A stretch of DNA of 64,000 bases, from the NCBI RefSeq assembly GCF_009914755.1, contig NC_060941.1. One strand, 5' to 3'. This DNA is from the human T2T-CHM13v2.0 reference genome, Homo sapiens. Position 1 is the first letter of the stretch, and each line of letters begins with the position of its first letter. Position numbers and translations under genes: made by a program. The notes under the pieces are model-generated. The model had not been told where the DNA came from and did not search any database. It was given only the letters and a program-made list of their open reading frames with translations. Shown piece by piece: positions 15,941 to 33,531 of this stretch.

Positions 15941-18900
15941 TGATCTGCCCGCCTTGGCCTCCCAAAGTGCTGGGATTATAGGAGTGAGCCACTGCACCCG
16001 GCTTGTTTTTAATTTTAGTATTGTCATTGTATTTTCTTGTTTTTGTTTGAGATAAGGTCTGGCTCTTTCACCCCGTTGGGAGTGCAGTGGCGTGATCATG
16101 GCTCACTGTAGCCTCCATCTCCTAGGCTCCCGCGATCCTCCCACCTCAGCCTTATTTTCTGGTTTGATCTAAGCGCAGATTACCAGTCTGCTGTTGTGAC
16201 TTGATGCGTTTATCTCACTGAAGACTGGTACCCGAGGCAGCTGACTTTGGTTGAGGTGTGGCACTTCTTTCCCTAGTTAATGTGCATGCCATGTACCATT
16301 GTGAGTTTGCCAGAAGCGGCCTTTGATCCTAGCTGTGGTTGCTCTGGGCTGTCAGTATTTGGACAAGTGGACGGGTATGCCGTAACTGCTGGGATCCTGA
16401 CTTTTCTTTGAAAGGGCTCAAGTTTTTATGAATTTTAGTTTTTATAAATACCTTATTAGGTATGAACACATATTCACAAATAGCATGCAATTTGAAACCT
16501 CGGTTTACCAGTGAACTAAACAGAAGTTGTTTCTCTTGGTAGCCTTCTGATGAGGAAACGAGGTGGGGTACAGGAGCCTACAGAGGACTGAATTGTGATT
16601 ACAAGTAGTCTTCCTGTGTCCTTGTCACTCTTACGGTCTAGAAGTAGCTTCGATGTTTATTTGCTTGGAGTTTCAGCAGCAGACCGCGGTGCTTGAAGCT
16701 GTTCATGGAATGACCGCTTGTGTCTGAGCCAGCGTCTGAGGAAACTGATGTTCTATAAGTAGGTCTGAGAGGCTTCTCTGGAGTTGGCCCATGTCTTGCT
16801 CCCTCTTGCTGATGCTCTCCCTGCCAGGAATGTTCTTCTCTCTCCGGGTTTCTCTTTAGAGCCCTCTGCAGACATCACCACCCCAGCAAAGCCCTCTGTA
16901 ACCATCCAGCCTGAAGTGGTTTCCCCCTGAATAGCTTAAGCAGATTTCTTTTTGTTAATACAGTCCAGTTGGTATTAATCACCTTCTTTCTCAGTCTTCT
17001 TTTCTATTGCTGTATATAGTTATACATTTGTTTTTGTTTTTGAGACAGAGTTTCGCTCTTGTTGCGCAGGCTGGAGTGCAATGGCACAATCTCAGCTCAC
17101 TGCATCCTCCGCCTCCCGGATTCAAGTGATTCTCCAGCCTTGCCTCCTGAGTAGTTGGGATTACAGTCATGCACCACCATGCCCAGCTAATTTTGTATTT
17201 TTAGTAGAGATGGGGTCTCACCATGTTGGCCAGGCTGGTCTCAAACTCCTAACCTCGGGTGAGGTAGTCTACCCACCTCAGCCTCCCAAAGTGCTGGGGT
17301 TACAGGCGTGAGCCACCCCACCCAGCTAGTTATGAGTTTTTCTGTCTTGCCTCTCTAAATAAGCCATGTTCCTGTGCCTTCCACTTGTATATTCCTTAGA
17401 ATTTTTAGTATAGGGCCTGCATGTGGTAGGCCCTCTGTAAAGAGCTGTTACTTTGATAGTGTGTGAATTATAGAATTAGAACTCTGAGGGACTTTGGTCA
17501 GTTTGCCACGTTTTCTTTCTTTTTTTTTTTAATGCAGCCTACAAAGTTGGACACATTTTCTTGATATGTTGAATACTTGTTTCTTTGAGCACTGGCAGCT
17601 TGTAGAGAGACTGAGGCCGTAGTTAGTTGTCTTACTTACTGGTTCTTTCCAGGGTAAAACCAGATCTGTGTATAAATGAGTTTGAGGGTCGTGTCTGATG
17701 CTGTAGAATATCCCAGTGGTTGCATGGAAAACAGCTGGCTTGGTGTGTTGGCTAAACTGGGTATGAACATAGCTCATGTTAAAGGTAGGCTCTTTAGGTT
17801 GAGTTTGTTTTGAATGGGTTTTTCTGGTGGAGTGCAGCATTCAGCTCATTAATTTTCAAGTTGAAATGTCGTCACAAAAATATGGCTTTCTTTAGCACAG
17901 TACTAGCTTTTAATATGTCAAAATTGCATTCAAAGGTTGGTTAAAAGCTGAAAGTGCTGTTGCCAGCCTTCCAAATTGCAGGCTCAGAAATCCCTTTTGA
18001 AAGAGGAAGAGTGGGTGTAGGAAGGTGGGAGGAAGCAGTTACCCGGGAGGAGCTTCCTCTCAGGGTCAGGTTGATGAGGCCCTAGTTTTGTTTTTATTAC
18101 TGAAACAATTGCTGTGTAAAAATGAGTGAGCAAATGATTACAGTAGTTATTTGTCTTACAGAAATAATTTTTCCTTTAAAAAGGATACATCAAAGAACCT
18201 TTCTCCCTCTCTGAGGAACTTACTTCTGGGAGAGTTCATTTCGTCCAGCCTTTCTTGACTGTGTGTTTGGTAAATGTTGGGCGTGATTAGGAAATGGCTG
18301 GATGACACTGTGGATACCTGGAAATTGCTGCTGCTCTTCCGGCGCAGTGATTTGAACCTGGGAGAGTTGAAAAAGGGGTTCTTCCCACATTCTTTTAGTG
18401 CAGAGATAAAACGTGAAGGCCTGCTGATGTGGGCTCTGTGGCTCAAACGGGGTTTTAAAAATAGAGAAGCTTTCCAGAAAAGTCCAGGTTGCTGGCTTTG
18501 CTTGAAAAGCATAAGCTCCCCAGGCCGCTGCTCCTCCTAGCCCCAAGGAGCTGGAGCCAGTGCTGAGGCCCCAGGAGAAGGCCCCGTCCCGCTGTGCTGC
18601 GCACCAGGCCTGCCACCACCTCGACCAGAGCTTCGGGCAGACCTAAAATTTGTACACGTTTTCACATCTAAAACGTGGCAGTGTTGTATTTAATGAGTTA
18701 TTGCAAAAGACAATAAAAACTGTAGGTTGATTTCTTGGTTTGTACCAATCTGTGTAGCCTCTGACTCTGTCATAAAAGCAGGTTTTATTTTACATGTGGA
18801 CTTTCTCCCCTAAAGCTACCTTTTTCAAACTATTAATGGCTTTCCAAACTTTTTATTATGAGTAATGCTCATTTTTTAAAAAGTTGGTAGAAAAGTACTG

Positions 18901-19591
18901 TGAACACCTGTATGCATGTCCGCTAGGTAAATTAGCACATTTGCTTTCTCTGTCTCTTTCACAAACACATGTGCACATACATTTTGTAGAAACATTTGAA
19001 AGTAAGTTGCTTTATGTCATGACACTTTACCCCTACATACTAAAACATGTATTGCCTAAGAATAGATATTCTTCTGTCTAGCTGTGATTATTATCACAGG
19101 CAAAGAATCGTGCACCTGTGGTCCCAGCTACTTGGGAGGCTGAAGTGGGAGTATCGCTTGAGCCAGGAGGCGGAGGATGCAGTGAGCCAAGACTGTGCCA
19201 CTGCACTCCAGCCTGGGTGACCAGAGTGAGACCCTGTCTCAGAAAAATACAAATAAAAAATAAAAAAGTGTTATTCAATATGAAACGCATGGTTGCATTT
19301 CCTTGGTTGTTCCCCAGATGTTTCGATAGCTATTTTTATTCCAATCCAAGAGCTAATGCAGCATTGCATTTGGTTGTTCTCTCTTTAGATGCCTTTATTC
19401 TAGACAGTTCCTTGCTTCTTCTGTTTATCTTTCAAGACTCTGACATTTTTTTTTTTCGTTTAAGCGTCTAGGGTGGTTGTGTAGACTGTTCCATAATTTG
19501 GGTTTGTCTGATGATTTCCTCCCGAGTAGCTGGGATTATAGGCATGCGCCACCACGCCCGGCTAATTTTTGTATTTTTAGTAGAAACATAG

Positions 19592-19717
<126 letters not shown>

Positions 19718-22600
19718 TAAGGGTCAGCCATCTTTGTCCTGAGGGCCGCAGAAGCCTGTGGTGTTTGTGTCTGCTTCCGCTGCATCACGCCAGGCTCTGT
19801 GGCTGTCCTGTTGCTGGGGCTCAGTTCAGTCATTTGGTGAAGGTGGTGCCCATGAGATCTTTCCATTGTAAAGGTACCCACCTTTGTTCCTTTGTTAAAT
19901 TTATCTGTAACCTGCAGGATGATAATTTGAGGCCCTGTCTCTTCTGAATGCCTTACGTTAGCGTTCATTGATGATCCTTGTCTGAATCAGTTATTGTGCA
20001 TTGGTGGCTAGAAAATGGTGATTTCCTAATTGGCAATCCTTCTGTGTTGATTAGATTTTTTTTTTCCTGAAAAATTTTCTCCCCTGTTGAGTATCACTAT
20101 GTGGTTTATAATGCTTTGCCACCCTTTTTTCTTTCTGGTGTTCAAATTATCCCAGACTTGGTGAGTGGAGCCCCTTCAGGCTGGTTCCTCTGTCCCTTGG
20201 GCATATGCCCATCTGAGCACTCCCTTGCCTCCTGGTGAGAAACGTTTCTGCCTCGCCTTGACCTTCCCTTGCTCCAGACTTGTAATCAACCGCACGGATT
20301 CCTTTGTAATAGGGACTGGTATTTGGAAATCAAGATCTGGTTGCCAGGTTTGCTCATCATGAACTGAGATGTCATTGCTTTTCACCCCTTCCAATGGAAA
20401 GAGCTAGGAGCTAGTACATAGATTGATGTTTTTAATCAAATTAGAATGCTTCTGTTTTTCAGGGCCTGCTTACATACTTTGTAGAAACTCGCGTGGCTTG
20501 TAGCTCATGCTGAAAAACTCAGGTTCTGGTACCTAAGCCATCCCAGAGATGAAAGTTACATCTACTTTTTGCAGTCTTTTCATTTCCAGAACCCTCCACA
20601 GTTAGAATTGTGTATGCTGACAGTATGCAGAATCTACTGACCTTAACATATCTCTGAAAGACGGGTCAGGGTAAGAGAGTGCAGAAACAAAAGGCAGGAC
20701 TTATCTTTTTATTGAGTAAGATTGTATTGTATGCTTCAAAACATGTTTTTTGGACAAGGACTTTGTTTTAGGCATTGAAGTCCTCGTTCTCCTGAGGATA
20801 AAAAGTCTCTGCCCTGCAGCCTAGCAGTGCATTTGGTGGCAGAGTGACAGGCTTGGAAGAGAATGTGGAGGGAGTAAGGGAGGCGCTTGCTAACTGCCCC
20901 TGACGCTGACAGAGCTCTGGAGAGGTCAGTGCAGCTTCTGAGTTAGCTGCTCCTTAGCCTGGATACCTTAAATGCCATCTGGTTGGGCATGCCAAGGTAA
21001 AGTGAACGTCTGTGCAAATATGAGTCTACGTGGATGGAGAATTTTACAGGGAAGGGAACGTTTTTAGTGTGGTTGAAATTCAAGGTGAGGCTGCGTGGGT
21101 GACACCTTATGCTGACCACTCTTGTTTCAGGAATTGGAAGGATGGTGTGTGTATTTTGAAAATGGCCTAGTTCTAGCTAAGGCTACCTCTTAGTAAGTGC
21201 TTACTCTGCCCTATATGTCACTTAAAAAGATTCATTTTGTTTGAAACCTTTGTAAGTCTCAATTTCTTGGTACGTCACAGTACTGGAATGTACAAAGCCA
21301 GTTTTTTTTGTTTTTGTTTTTTTAATTAGAGTGCAGTGGAAGTCAGTTTAGATGGTTTTCAGTGTCCGTATAGAACAAATGGTAGCCAACCTGTTTTCCT
21401 AGGAATTGTTCGTGTTCGGTACTTAATAAATTCTTAGGGCTTTGAATGGGACTTATCTGTGGTGGGATCTGAGCAGGTGATTAAACTGCTTAAGTGTTGT
21501 TTACATAAAGTGTATGAAGAGACAGATACTGAGTGATTTTTCAAGATTCTGGCAGTAATGGGATTCAGAACATGTTTGAGTAGAAGAGGGGAGCAGATAA
21601 ATATAAAGAATATATTTTTAACTTCCAAAGTAAGAACATTTAAGAAGCAAATATAATTGGCTACCACATGTGGGTTTTGCATCCTTTCCAGACCATCCTG
21701 CGCATGAGTCTCTTATTAATTTTCTGAAAATGTGACTCTGGCCACCTGTTCGCGCTCCCTCCATCCCAGCTCCTGGAGAGGAAGGCCAGGGCCTTCTGTC
21801 TGCACCCGGCAAGGCATGGTCTATGCCACATCGTCATGCACCACAGTGACCCCTGGCCTCACCTCTCACCACTTCCCTCCCCTGGGGGCTGTGGGTCCTG
21901 CCGCCACCTGAGGTTGCCTTGCAGTCGCACTCCTGAGTTCTTTCCTGGAAACGCTCTCCGCCTCGCTGGCTGTGAACAGACCCTGGCACGCTTTGAGGCC
22001 CAGCCTGCATGCCTCCTCTCTCTCAAAGGCTTTCCCCACGCTGCCTCTCCACGCAGAGCGTGTTCTCCCCCTTCTGCCTCCTGGCACCTGCTTATCCTTC
22101 TGACCCTCATGGATGTCATTGACTCCCTTCCCTCCCTCCTGTACTGACTACCATGGTCCCTTGTGCGTAGGCAGCTGGAGTGTAGCATGTGCTTTTCACA
22201 TCGATTTAACCTTGTAACGTTGTGGAGAGAAAGTGAGATACAGGCAAGAAAACTGAGGGTGACTTTGAAGGAATTGTAGTAAAAACCCAGGCGGAGGAAT
22301 TCCTGTGATTCTCTAGTCCTTCTGGGATCTTGATGGCAGTATTTGTGATCTGTGTATTACTTCTGTTCAGAAGGGCAGTCCTGTTGAAGGTAAACATCAG
22401 GGAATTGCTGCCAGAAAGGGAGTGTTTTTAGTATAATAATGGTCTGAAGCTACTTGTACCTTGTCAGAAGTAAAATCAAAGCCATTTGTGCCATTTTCAT
22501 TAATATTTTTAACACCAAAGGTTTCTTCCTTAACTCTGTTTTTGGTTGTGATTAATTTAAGATGGGAATTCACAGTTCTAACCTCGCCTCATTTTTAGTA

Positions 22601-23486
<886 letters not shown>

Positions 23487-23699
23487 TAGCTAGAACTACA
23501 GGCATGTACCACCACACCTGGCTAATTTTTATATTTTTTGTAGAGATGGGGTTATGCTATGTTGCCTAGGCTGGTCTCAAACTCCTGGGCTCAAGTGATC
23601 TGCACGCCTGGGCCTCTGGATCGCTTAGGTTTTAATATGAATTCTGCAACATCTTTAGTTTGGTAATCTTTGTGGATTGCTACAGAGTAAATTAAATTA

Positions 23700-26250
23700 T
23701 TTACAAAGAATAATATTGAATAATTTAATTATTCACAAGGAATAATCTTGAAAGATCTCATGTGTTCTTTACTCATCTTCCCCCAGTGATAACGTCTTGC
23801 AGAACTGTGTGCACCAGCACAGTCAGGATGCTGCCGTGCGCATAGTCGAGACGCAGAGTGCTTCCCAGGCATCTCTCTCATGGCCCTTTTACAGCCACAC
23901 CTGCTTCGCTCCTGTCCCCACCCCTTCCTTAGCCCCGGCAACCACTCTTCTGTTTTCGGTTTCTCTAGTTTTGTCTTTTCAAGAGTGTTATGGACAGGGA
24001 ATCATACCGTATGTAACTGCTGAGGCTTTTTTTTTTTTTAGCTTAGCATAATTCTCCCACGATTCATCCAGTTCCTCACCTGGATCAATAGTTCATTCTT
24101 TTTTTTTGCTGAGTAGTGTTCCGTGGTGTGGCTGCAGCGCAGTCCATTTAGCCTCACTCAGGAAGGACATCTCGGAGTTGTTTCCAGTTTCTATTATGAG
24201 TAACGCTGCTATGAATGTTTGTATATGGGGTTTTGTGCGAACATAAGCTCTCATTGCTCTGGGATAAATGCCCAGGAGTGCATTTGTTGGGTTGTATACC
24301 GTTGCATGTTTAGGTTTTAAGAAGATACCTGTTTTCTGGAGTGGTTGCACCATTTTACATTCCTGCCAATGATGTGGAAGGGATTCAGTTCTTCCACATC
24401 CTAACCAGCACTGTGTTTTATTTTAGCCATTCTGATAGTTGTATAGTGATACTCCTTTGTGATTTTAATTTGCATTTCCCTAATGGCCCTTTTCTCTAAT
24501 GAACATCTCTCGTGTGCTTATTTGCCATCTGTGTGTCCTCTCAGGTGAGATATCACTTCCTGTCTCTTGCACATTTTCTAATTGGACTTTTTAAAACTCT
24601 TGAGTTGTTTTTTTTTTTTAATCATGGTAAAAGCACATGAAATTTACCATCTTAACCATTTTTAAATTTCAATTGTGTGTCAAAAGACAAAATTACAAAA
24701 AAATTTAGTGTATGGATCTTAATTGGCTTTTTTGATTCCAGAATCAGGCAACACCTCATTCTATAAAACAGAATTCTGTGAAATAGAATGAGTGTTCTCA
24801 TGAGCTGAGCAGGGGAAGCTGGCTTTGTAGACAGAAAAGGGGTGAGGGAAACAGACACAGAGAACAGAGAGCAGATGGGTGGTTTCAGAGTGACTTCCCT
24901 TGTAAAGGTTAACGCAGAGGGGACTTCCTTACCACGCTGGCCCAAACTGGCCCATTTGGGGGATTTGCTGTTCTCTTTCTCCTGACTTCTTGCAAAGTCA
25001 GATAAACAACTTACTTTTGGCTTGGTGGTATGGAGGTTACCAAGAGGGACTCCATTTTGGTTTGGTCTGCTGGGCCTGGTGCAGGAGCTCAGTCCAAACC
25101 AGTGTTCTCCTGGCTCACTGTATTTATGTTGAGTTTTAAGAATTTTTTATGTATTCTAGGCACTAGTCCTTTGTCAGATACATGGTTTGTAAATCCCTCC
25201 TCCCATTTTGTAGTTTGTTTTTTCATTCTCTTAACAGGGGTTTTGTTTTGTTTTGTTTTGAGATGGAATCTCACTCTGTCGCCCAGGCTGGAGTGCAGTG
25301 GCGCGATCTCGGCTCACTGCAAGCTCCGCTTTCTGGGTTCACGCCATTCTCCTGCCTCAGCCTCCTGAGTAGCTGGAACTACAGGCGCCCGCCACCACGC
25401 CCGGCTAATTTTTTGTATCTTTAGTAGAGACGGGGTTTCACCGTGTTAGCCTGGATGGTCTCAATCTCCTGACCTCATGATCTGCCCACCTCAGACTCCC
25501 AAAGTGCTGAGATTACAAGCGTGAGCCACCGCGCCCGGCCTTAACAGGGTCTTTCGCTGAGCAAATGTTTTTAACTTTGAGGAAGTTCATTTTATATATT
25601 TTTTCTCCTGTGGATTGTGATTTTGTTGTCACATCTAAGAATTCTTTGCCTAGCCCAGGATCCCAAAGATTTTCTATTTTTTTTTCCTAAAAGTTTTAGT
25701 TTTGTGTTTTACATTTAAGTCGCTGATCTTTGAGTTAATTTTTATACAAGGTGTGAGGTTTAGATCAAGATTCATTGTTATTATTGTTTCAGCCTATGGA
25801 TGTGTAATTGCTCCAGTAACATGTTGAAAAGACTGGCGTGCTTTCTTTCCCTCATTGCTTTTACATCTCTGTTGAAAATCAGTCGGTGTTCCCTGACAGG
25901 TGCAGATACTAAAAAATAAATCAGTTGGGTGTATTTGTTTGAGTCTATTTCTGGGTTCTGTATTTTGTCCCATAGATCTGTATGTCAGTTACCCCTCTCC
26001 TAATACTAGATGGTCTTGATTACTGTAGTTATAGAGTAAGCCTTAATACCGGGGTGACTGATTCTTCCCAGTTTATTCATCTTTTTCAAAATCGTTTTAG
26101 TTGTTCTAGTTCCTTTGTCTTTCCATATAAATTTTAAAACAATCTTGTCTATAATTACCACAAAGTCTTGCTGGGGTTTTGTTAGGAATGATGTTACTTA
26201 TGGGGAGAATTGAGATCTTTACTAGGTTGAATCTTCCGATCCATGGACAT
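23700..26250 (-). mobile_element. Old L1M fragments interrupted by a MER67/MER31-like LTR (~24678-25110) and an AluY (25240-25540)
   Basis: Antisense L1 ORF2/3' motifs (ttttaatttgcatttcc, ttctaggcactagtcctttgtcagata, tcttgattactgtag); LTR begins tgtcaaaagacaaaattac; Alu TSD ttaacaggg. Confidence 0.65.
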
Positions 26251-26415
26251 GGAGTGTCTTTTTCTTCTTTAATGAAAGCTTCAGATGTGAAGACAGTTGT
26301 GGCGCTGCCTGTTGCCGTGCACCGAGAGGTGCTGTTCCAGGGAGAACACAGTCAGCGGCAGGACATCAGGTTGTGTCTTTGCTCACTTCTGCTTTCTTGG
26401 TTTTTAAATTTATAG

Positions 26416-26733
<318 letters not shown>

Positions 26734-26736
26734 TAG

Positions 26737-26985
<249 letters not shown>

Positions 26986-27138
26986 TGATCACCATTTTAA
27001 ACAGTGCATCTTTTTGTCTTAGAGGGCAGTTCTTCATTAGATGTTGTCACTCATTTCTCATGTGTAGGAGGAAGGGTAGCAGGTGTGGTCTCCTGCAGAG
27101 TGTATTATGTTGTCGTGGCAGTTAAGGCAGCCAAGTGA

Positions 27139-27644
<506 letters not shown>

Positions 27645-28440
27645 TGATCCGTCTGCCTCGTCCTCCCAAAATGCTGGGATTACAGGCGTGAGCCACCACG
27701 CCTGGCCTTAAATATTACATTCATATGCCACTTCTTTTCTGGTCTTACTGTAATATGTTAGAAATATCTAATGAAGGACTAAGATGTGTGCCTTTAAGAA
27801 TAGTGCCGAGAGTGTTTGTCTGTCTCAGTATCTTCACTGCTTACCACCCTGTTTCAAGAACTTCTTTTATCAGATTTTTAGAATACTCTCCTGACAGATT
27901 GCTGTATTTCTGCCCTTCTCCCCTGCAGTGTATCCTTAACACTGAATTCAAAGTGATCTATTTAAAGTATGTCAGATTAAGTCACTTCTATGGGCTCAAA
28001 ACCCTGGAGTGTTTCCACAGTTCGCCCAGAGGAAGAGCCCATAGTCTTTATGGTGACTTGCAAGGGCCTGAGTTCTCTCCTGGTTACGCCTTTCCTGTCC
28101 TTGCTGTCATGCAGTGGGCCTCCCCCAGGGGCTTTGGCTCCAAGGTGCTCGCTGTGCCGTGCTATTCTTCCCTACGTCTCTAGTCTCACCTCCTCCCATC
28201 TCGGCTCAGGTCACCCCTTCTTGGCCAGCCCCAGCCACCCATTTAATTCTGCAGCCTGACTCCCCAACCCCCAGGCTTTTTTTTTTTTCTTCAGGGATGG
28301 GATCTTGCCCTGTCGCTCAGGCTGGAGTGCAGTGGAACAATCAGTTCACTGCAGCCTCCACCTCCCAGGCTCAAGTGATCCTCCTGCCCTAGCCTCCCAA
28401 GTAGCTGGGACTATAGGCACATGCCACCGTGCCTGGCTAG

Positions 28441-28569
<129 letters not shown>

Positions 28570-28964
28570 TGACCCCCATCCCTGGTTCTTTTAGCCTGTG
28601 CTCCAAGTTTTCTTTTTTCCATAGCACTTACTTATCTTTAATTTCCTTGCATACTGTGTTTCTGGCTGATTGTCTCCTCTGTTAGACTCTGTTGAAAGCT
28701 TCCAAGGCCAATACCTCTTTGTTCATGATGGAGAAGACTGTTCAGTGAGTATGTTGAATGAATGAATGAAGCAAGAATGAAAATGAAGCTCTCCTTTTAT
28801 AGTCATCTTTGAAATGTTTTTGAACAATTATTTGGATCTCTTCATGATTTAGAATGTGCTTTTGATCCTGATTTTGAACATGATTTTGGCATTTTTTCCA
28901 TCTGCTGTCTTTATGGTAGTAGCATTGTTAGTAACGTAAGTGTTTTTTTCTGGTTACTGGTTAA

Positions 28965-29213
<249 letters not shown>

Positions 29214-30289
29214 TGACCATCTTTTTGGAAGGCTGGGGATGGCTTAGCAAGGGATTTGCAGCATTTCTTGGGTGGAAGATGCTATGATCCCTACCCCCTG
29301 CCTCATCTTTAGGTATAGGGGTTGAGGTTGTGCTGGTTGCTGATGGAGGAAGGAGGTGCCTGTAGCTCTAGCAATGGCACTGTCTGCCTGGAGTTGCTGA
29401 GAGAGTTAGAAGTTGGGGAGAGGCAGCAGCAGCTGGCACACAGCCCCCAGGCCTTGCTGCAGGATTGGGAGGAGGCCTGGGGGCCTGGGGAGGTGCTTGC
29501 CGAGCAGGCTGCCCCCCTTGGATTGTCAGTTCTTCCACAGAAGACCTTCCTTTCTCGTTTTTGTGCTGTTGTTCATCAGTTGTTAGGGAATTGTGGTTTT
29601 GAAATCTATCCGTGTGGGATTATGGAGTGGTTTTTGAAGGCTCATTTTCAGGGTACTGTGTTGGAAAGAATTGAAATTGAGACAGAAATCATATATTGAG
29701 TACAAGTACCCTAAATCAGCATTTTAAAATAGTCATATAAAAATTCCATCTCATTAGATACCATTTCCTAAACCTTGGAAAATAACAAGTAAAATAAACA
29801 AAAACACAGAAGCATTTGGCCTTTTCTTTTTTTCTATTAATTTTGTAGCAATTCAGTTTTATTGGTGTTTTAAAAGCTTGTGAGGGACTGGGCGCACTGG
29901 CTCATGCCTGTAATCCCAGCACTTTGGGAGGCTGAGGTGGACAGATTGCTCGAGCCCAAGAGTTCGAGACCAGCCTGGACAACATTGCGAAACCCCGTAT
30001 TTACAAAGAATACAAAAATTAGCCGGATGAGGTGGCATATACCTGTAGTCCCAGCTACTGGGGAGGCTGAGGTAGGATGGCTTGAGTCCAGGAGGTCAAG
30101 GGTACAGTGAGCTGTGATCATGCCACTGTGCTTTAGCCTGGGCCACAAAGCGAGACCCTGTCTCAAAAAAAAAAAAAGATTGTGAGGCTCACCATCTTCC
30201 GTTGGCTAGAAAAAAAGAAAAATCTTGGGAGAGATGAGTAATTTGAATGTTGAATATATACTCACCTTTAAATTGGTTTTGTTTTAAAG

Positions 30290-30524
30290 GGAAAGGAAAT
30301 CATCGAATACTACCTTCGCCAATTAGAAGAAGAAGGCATAACCTTTGTGCCCCGTTGGAGTCCGCCTTCCATCACGCCCTCTTCAGAGACATCTTCATCA
30401 TCCTCCAAGAAACAAGCAGCGTCCATGGCCGTCGTCATCCCAGAAGCTGCCCTCAAGGAGGGGCTGAGTGGTGATGCCCTCAGCAGCCCCAGCGCACCTG
30501 AGCCCGTGGTGGGCACCCCTGACG
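30290..30524 (+). CDS. SEC14L1: SEC14L1 exon (GKEIIE...GTPD), end of PRELI domain and Ser-rich linker
   Basis: aag| ... |gtgggt, 235 nt, phase 0/1. Confidence 0.96.
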
Positions 30525-30792
30525 GTGGGTCTGGCAGGGGCTTCATCCCGAGAGCAAGGCTAGGGAAGTCGGCGTTGCCGTTTTCTCTCTGTTTGCTCTG
30601 CCTGTTCCCGCTTCCTTGGAACATTAGATAACTCAGAAAGGAAAGACCCGTCTCTCGTTTCTGGCCCTTGTCCTCTCGCTTATGTAATACATTCATTTTA
30701 CCTTTTATTAGATTTTTTGTTAATAGGAAGGATTATATCAAGTTATTTTTATTCTTTTATGGATACCAGAAGGTGTTTGTTTGTTTGTTTAA

Positions 30793-30948
<156 letters not shown>

Positions 30949-30956
30949 TGAGATAG

Positions 30957-31091
<135 letters not shown>

Positions 31092-31792
31092 TGACTAATT
31101 TTTTTATTTTTTTATTTTTGAGATAAAAAAGTCTCTGTCGCCCAGGCTGCAGTGTAGTGGCACAATCTCGGCTCAGTGCAGCCTTCGTCTCCTGGGTTCA
31201 AGTGATTCTCCTGCCTAAGCCTCTTGAGTAGCTGGGATTATAAGCCTGCACCGCCACGCCTGACTAATTTTTATATTCCTAGTAGAGACGGGGTTTCACC
31301 ATGTTGGCCAGGCTTGTCTTGAACTCCTGATCTCAGGTGATCTGGCCACCTCAGCCTCCTGAGTAGCTGGGATTACAGGCGTGAGCCACCAGATTTCTTA
31401 CATTCTCCAACACAGTAGCTCCATTCAAAATAGATTTAGATTTGCTTGGCTTTTTTTTTTCCATAAATTTTATATCTTGCAAGTCCTTTTTGTGTTATGT
31501 TCCTCTTGGAATTAAAACAGTCATTAATATCTATTATAGTCATGAATAGTATTGTGATTTGGCAATAGAGGTAACTCAGTGGTAATCAGGGAAAGATAAT
31601 TGAGTCAGAAAGTGTACCTGTGGTTTAGTCAGTGATTTGATCTCAGAGCCTATCCCTCAAGTCCTCTAAGGAATCTGGTTTACATCTGCCATCTTTGCGG
31701 TTTCATGTGCCTCTAGGACTCTAGGACCACACGTTAACTCCACTGAGCACAAAGACTTTGGGAGCCTAAAGCTCCAGTGTTCTTTGTTGTAA

Positions 31793-31993
<201 letters not shown>

Positions 31994-33402
31994 TAGTCAC
32001 CAAGAGTGATATTCCCAACTTCCACGGCTGGGAATGTTTCTTCCAGTTTAGAAGTCATTGAATTTATGTCTCTGTGGAATCTAAGTCGTTTATAGCAAGT
32101 GATAATGCATGACTAACTGCATTTTTCTAGACTTTACAGAGCAAGGTCTGGCTACAAACAGTGTCACGTCACAAAGCAACATGTGTTCCAAGTATTCACA
32201 CATTCAAATTTTCAGAAGGTGTAAAAAGAGTTCAGAGATTTATCAGAGATTAGAAATGTTTGAGCTTTAATTTTCAGGTTTTTGGTGAAATTTTAGCCTC
32301 ATAAAGGTGTAAATTTTTATGGTAAGCCTTATGTAGTGAGCAGAGCCTGGTATGTGTCTAGCGAGTTATTGGCATTATTTAGTAAAGGGAAACTAGGCAT
32401 TGCATGTATTTGGCCTGATCTCTAATTCTGTCAGCCTGCTTACTAGAAACCAAATAACTGAGTGCTGTTGAATACCAGTCATCAAGAAAACCACTGCAGT
32501 GATGATGGCCACCGTTTGTTGTCTTCTTACCATGTATTAGACACTGTTTTCAGGTCTTTATTCCATCCTTCCGGCAGCTCTCTCTGCTGCTGTTTTTCTC
32601 ACTGGTTTTACACGTGAGGAAACTGAGGCACAGAGCAGTGAAGTAACCTGCCTGAGGTCTCACAGCCAGCGAGTGGTGGGGTCAGGATTTGAACCCAGGC
32701 CATTTTGTTCCAGAACCTACATTCTTAACCACTTCCACGTAACTGTGGTCCTTTCTGAGTGAAGATGATGCCACGTCAGTAGGCCACATGCTTTTGAGTT
32801 ATTTCGCAGGAGTTGGGGTCATGAATAGCTCATGTTCCCACCCCCTTCTTGTTCTGACGGACCAGCCTCTTGAGTTGGTAAACACATGGCCACGGAGGAA
32901 GACACTTGGTCCACGTGACACTCGGAACACGGCCTTGGCCTTGTTCTTTATTCAGGGAGGCCAACCTGTTGATTGACAGTAATGGAACCTGGAGAAGATT
33001 CCTGCGTGTTAGTCAGCAATACTGCCACATCATGAAAACCCAACATGCTTTTTTTGTATTCTTTTTCTTTAATCTGTAGTTTTTGTTTTTAATTATCTTA
33101 AGTCTTATGATCACTCATAATTTTTAACTTTGTGTATATCTTCTCTACTTTAATCTTTCTAATGAGTTGGCAAAAGCACCATTGCCAGTCACGTAGACAC
33201 ATGGTAGTTCTACAGTTTTATGTTTTTGAATTTTTTTTTTTTTATATATGTATACAGAGTCTTGCTCCGTCACCCAGGCTGGTGCAGTCTTGGGTCACTA
33301 CAATCTCTGTCTCCCAGGTTCAGGCTATTCTCCTGCCTCAGCCTCCTGAGAGCTGGGGTTAGCTCTGCCACCATTGCTGGCTAATTTTTGTATTTTTAGT
33401 AG

Positions 33403-33531
<129 letters not shown>

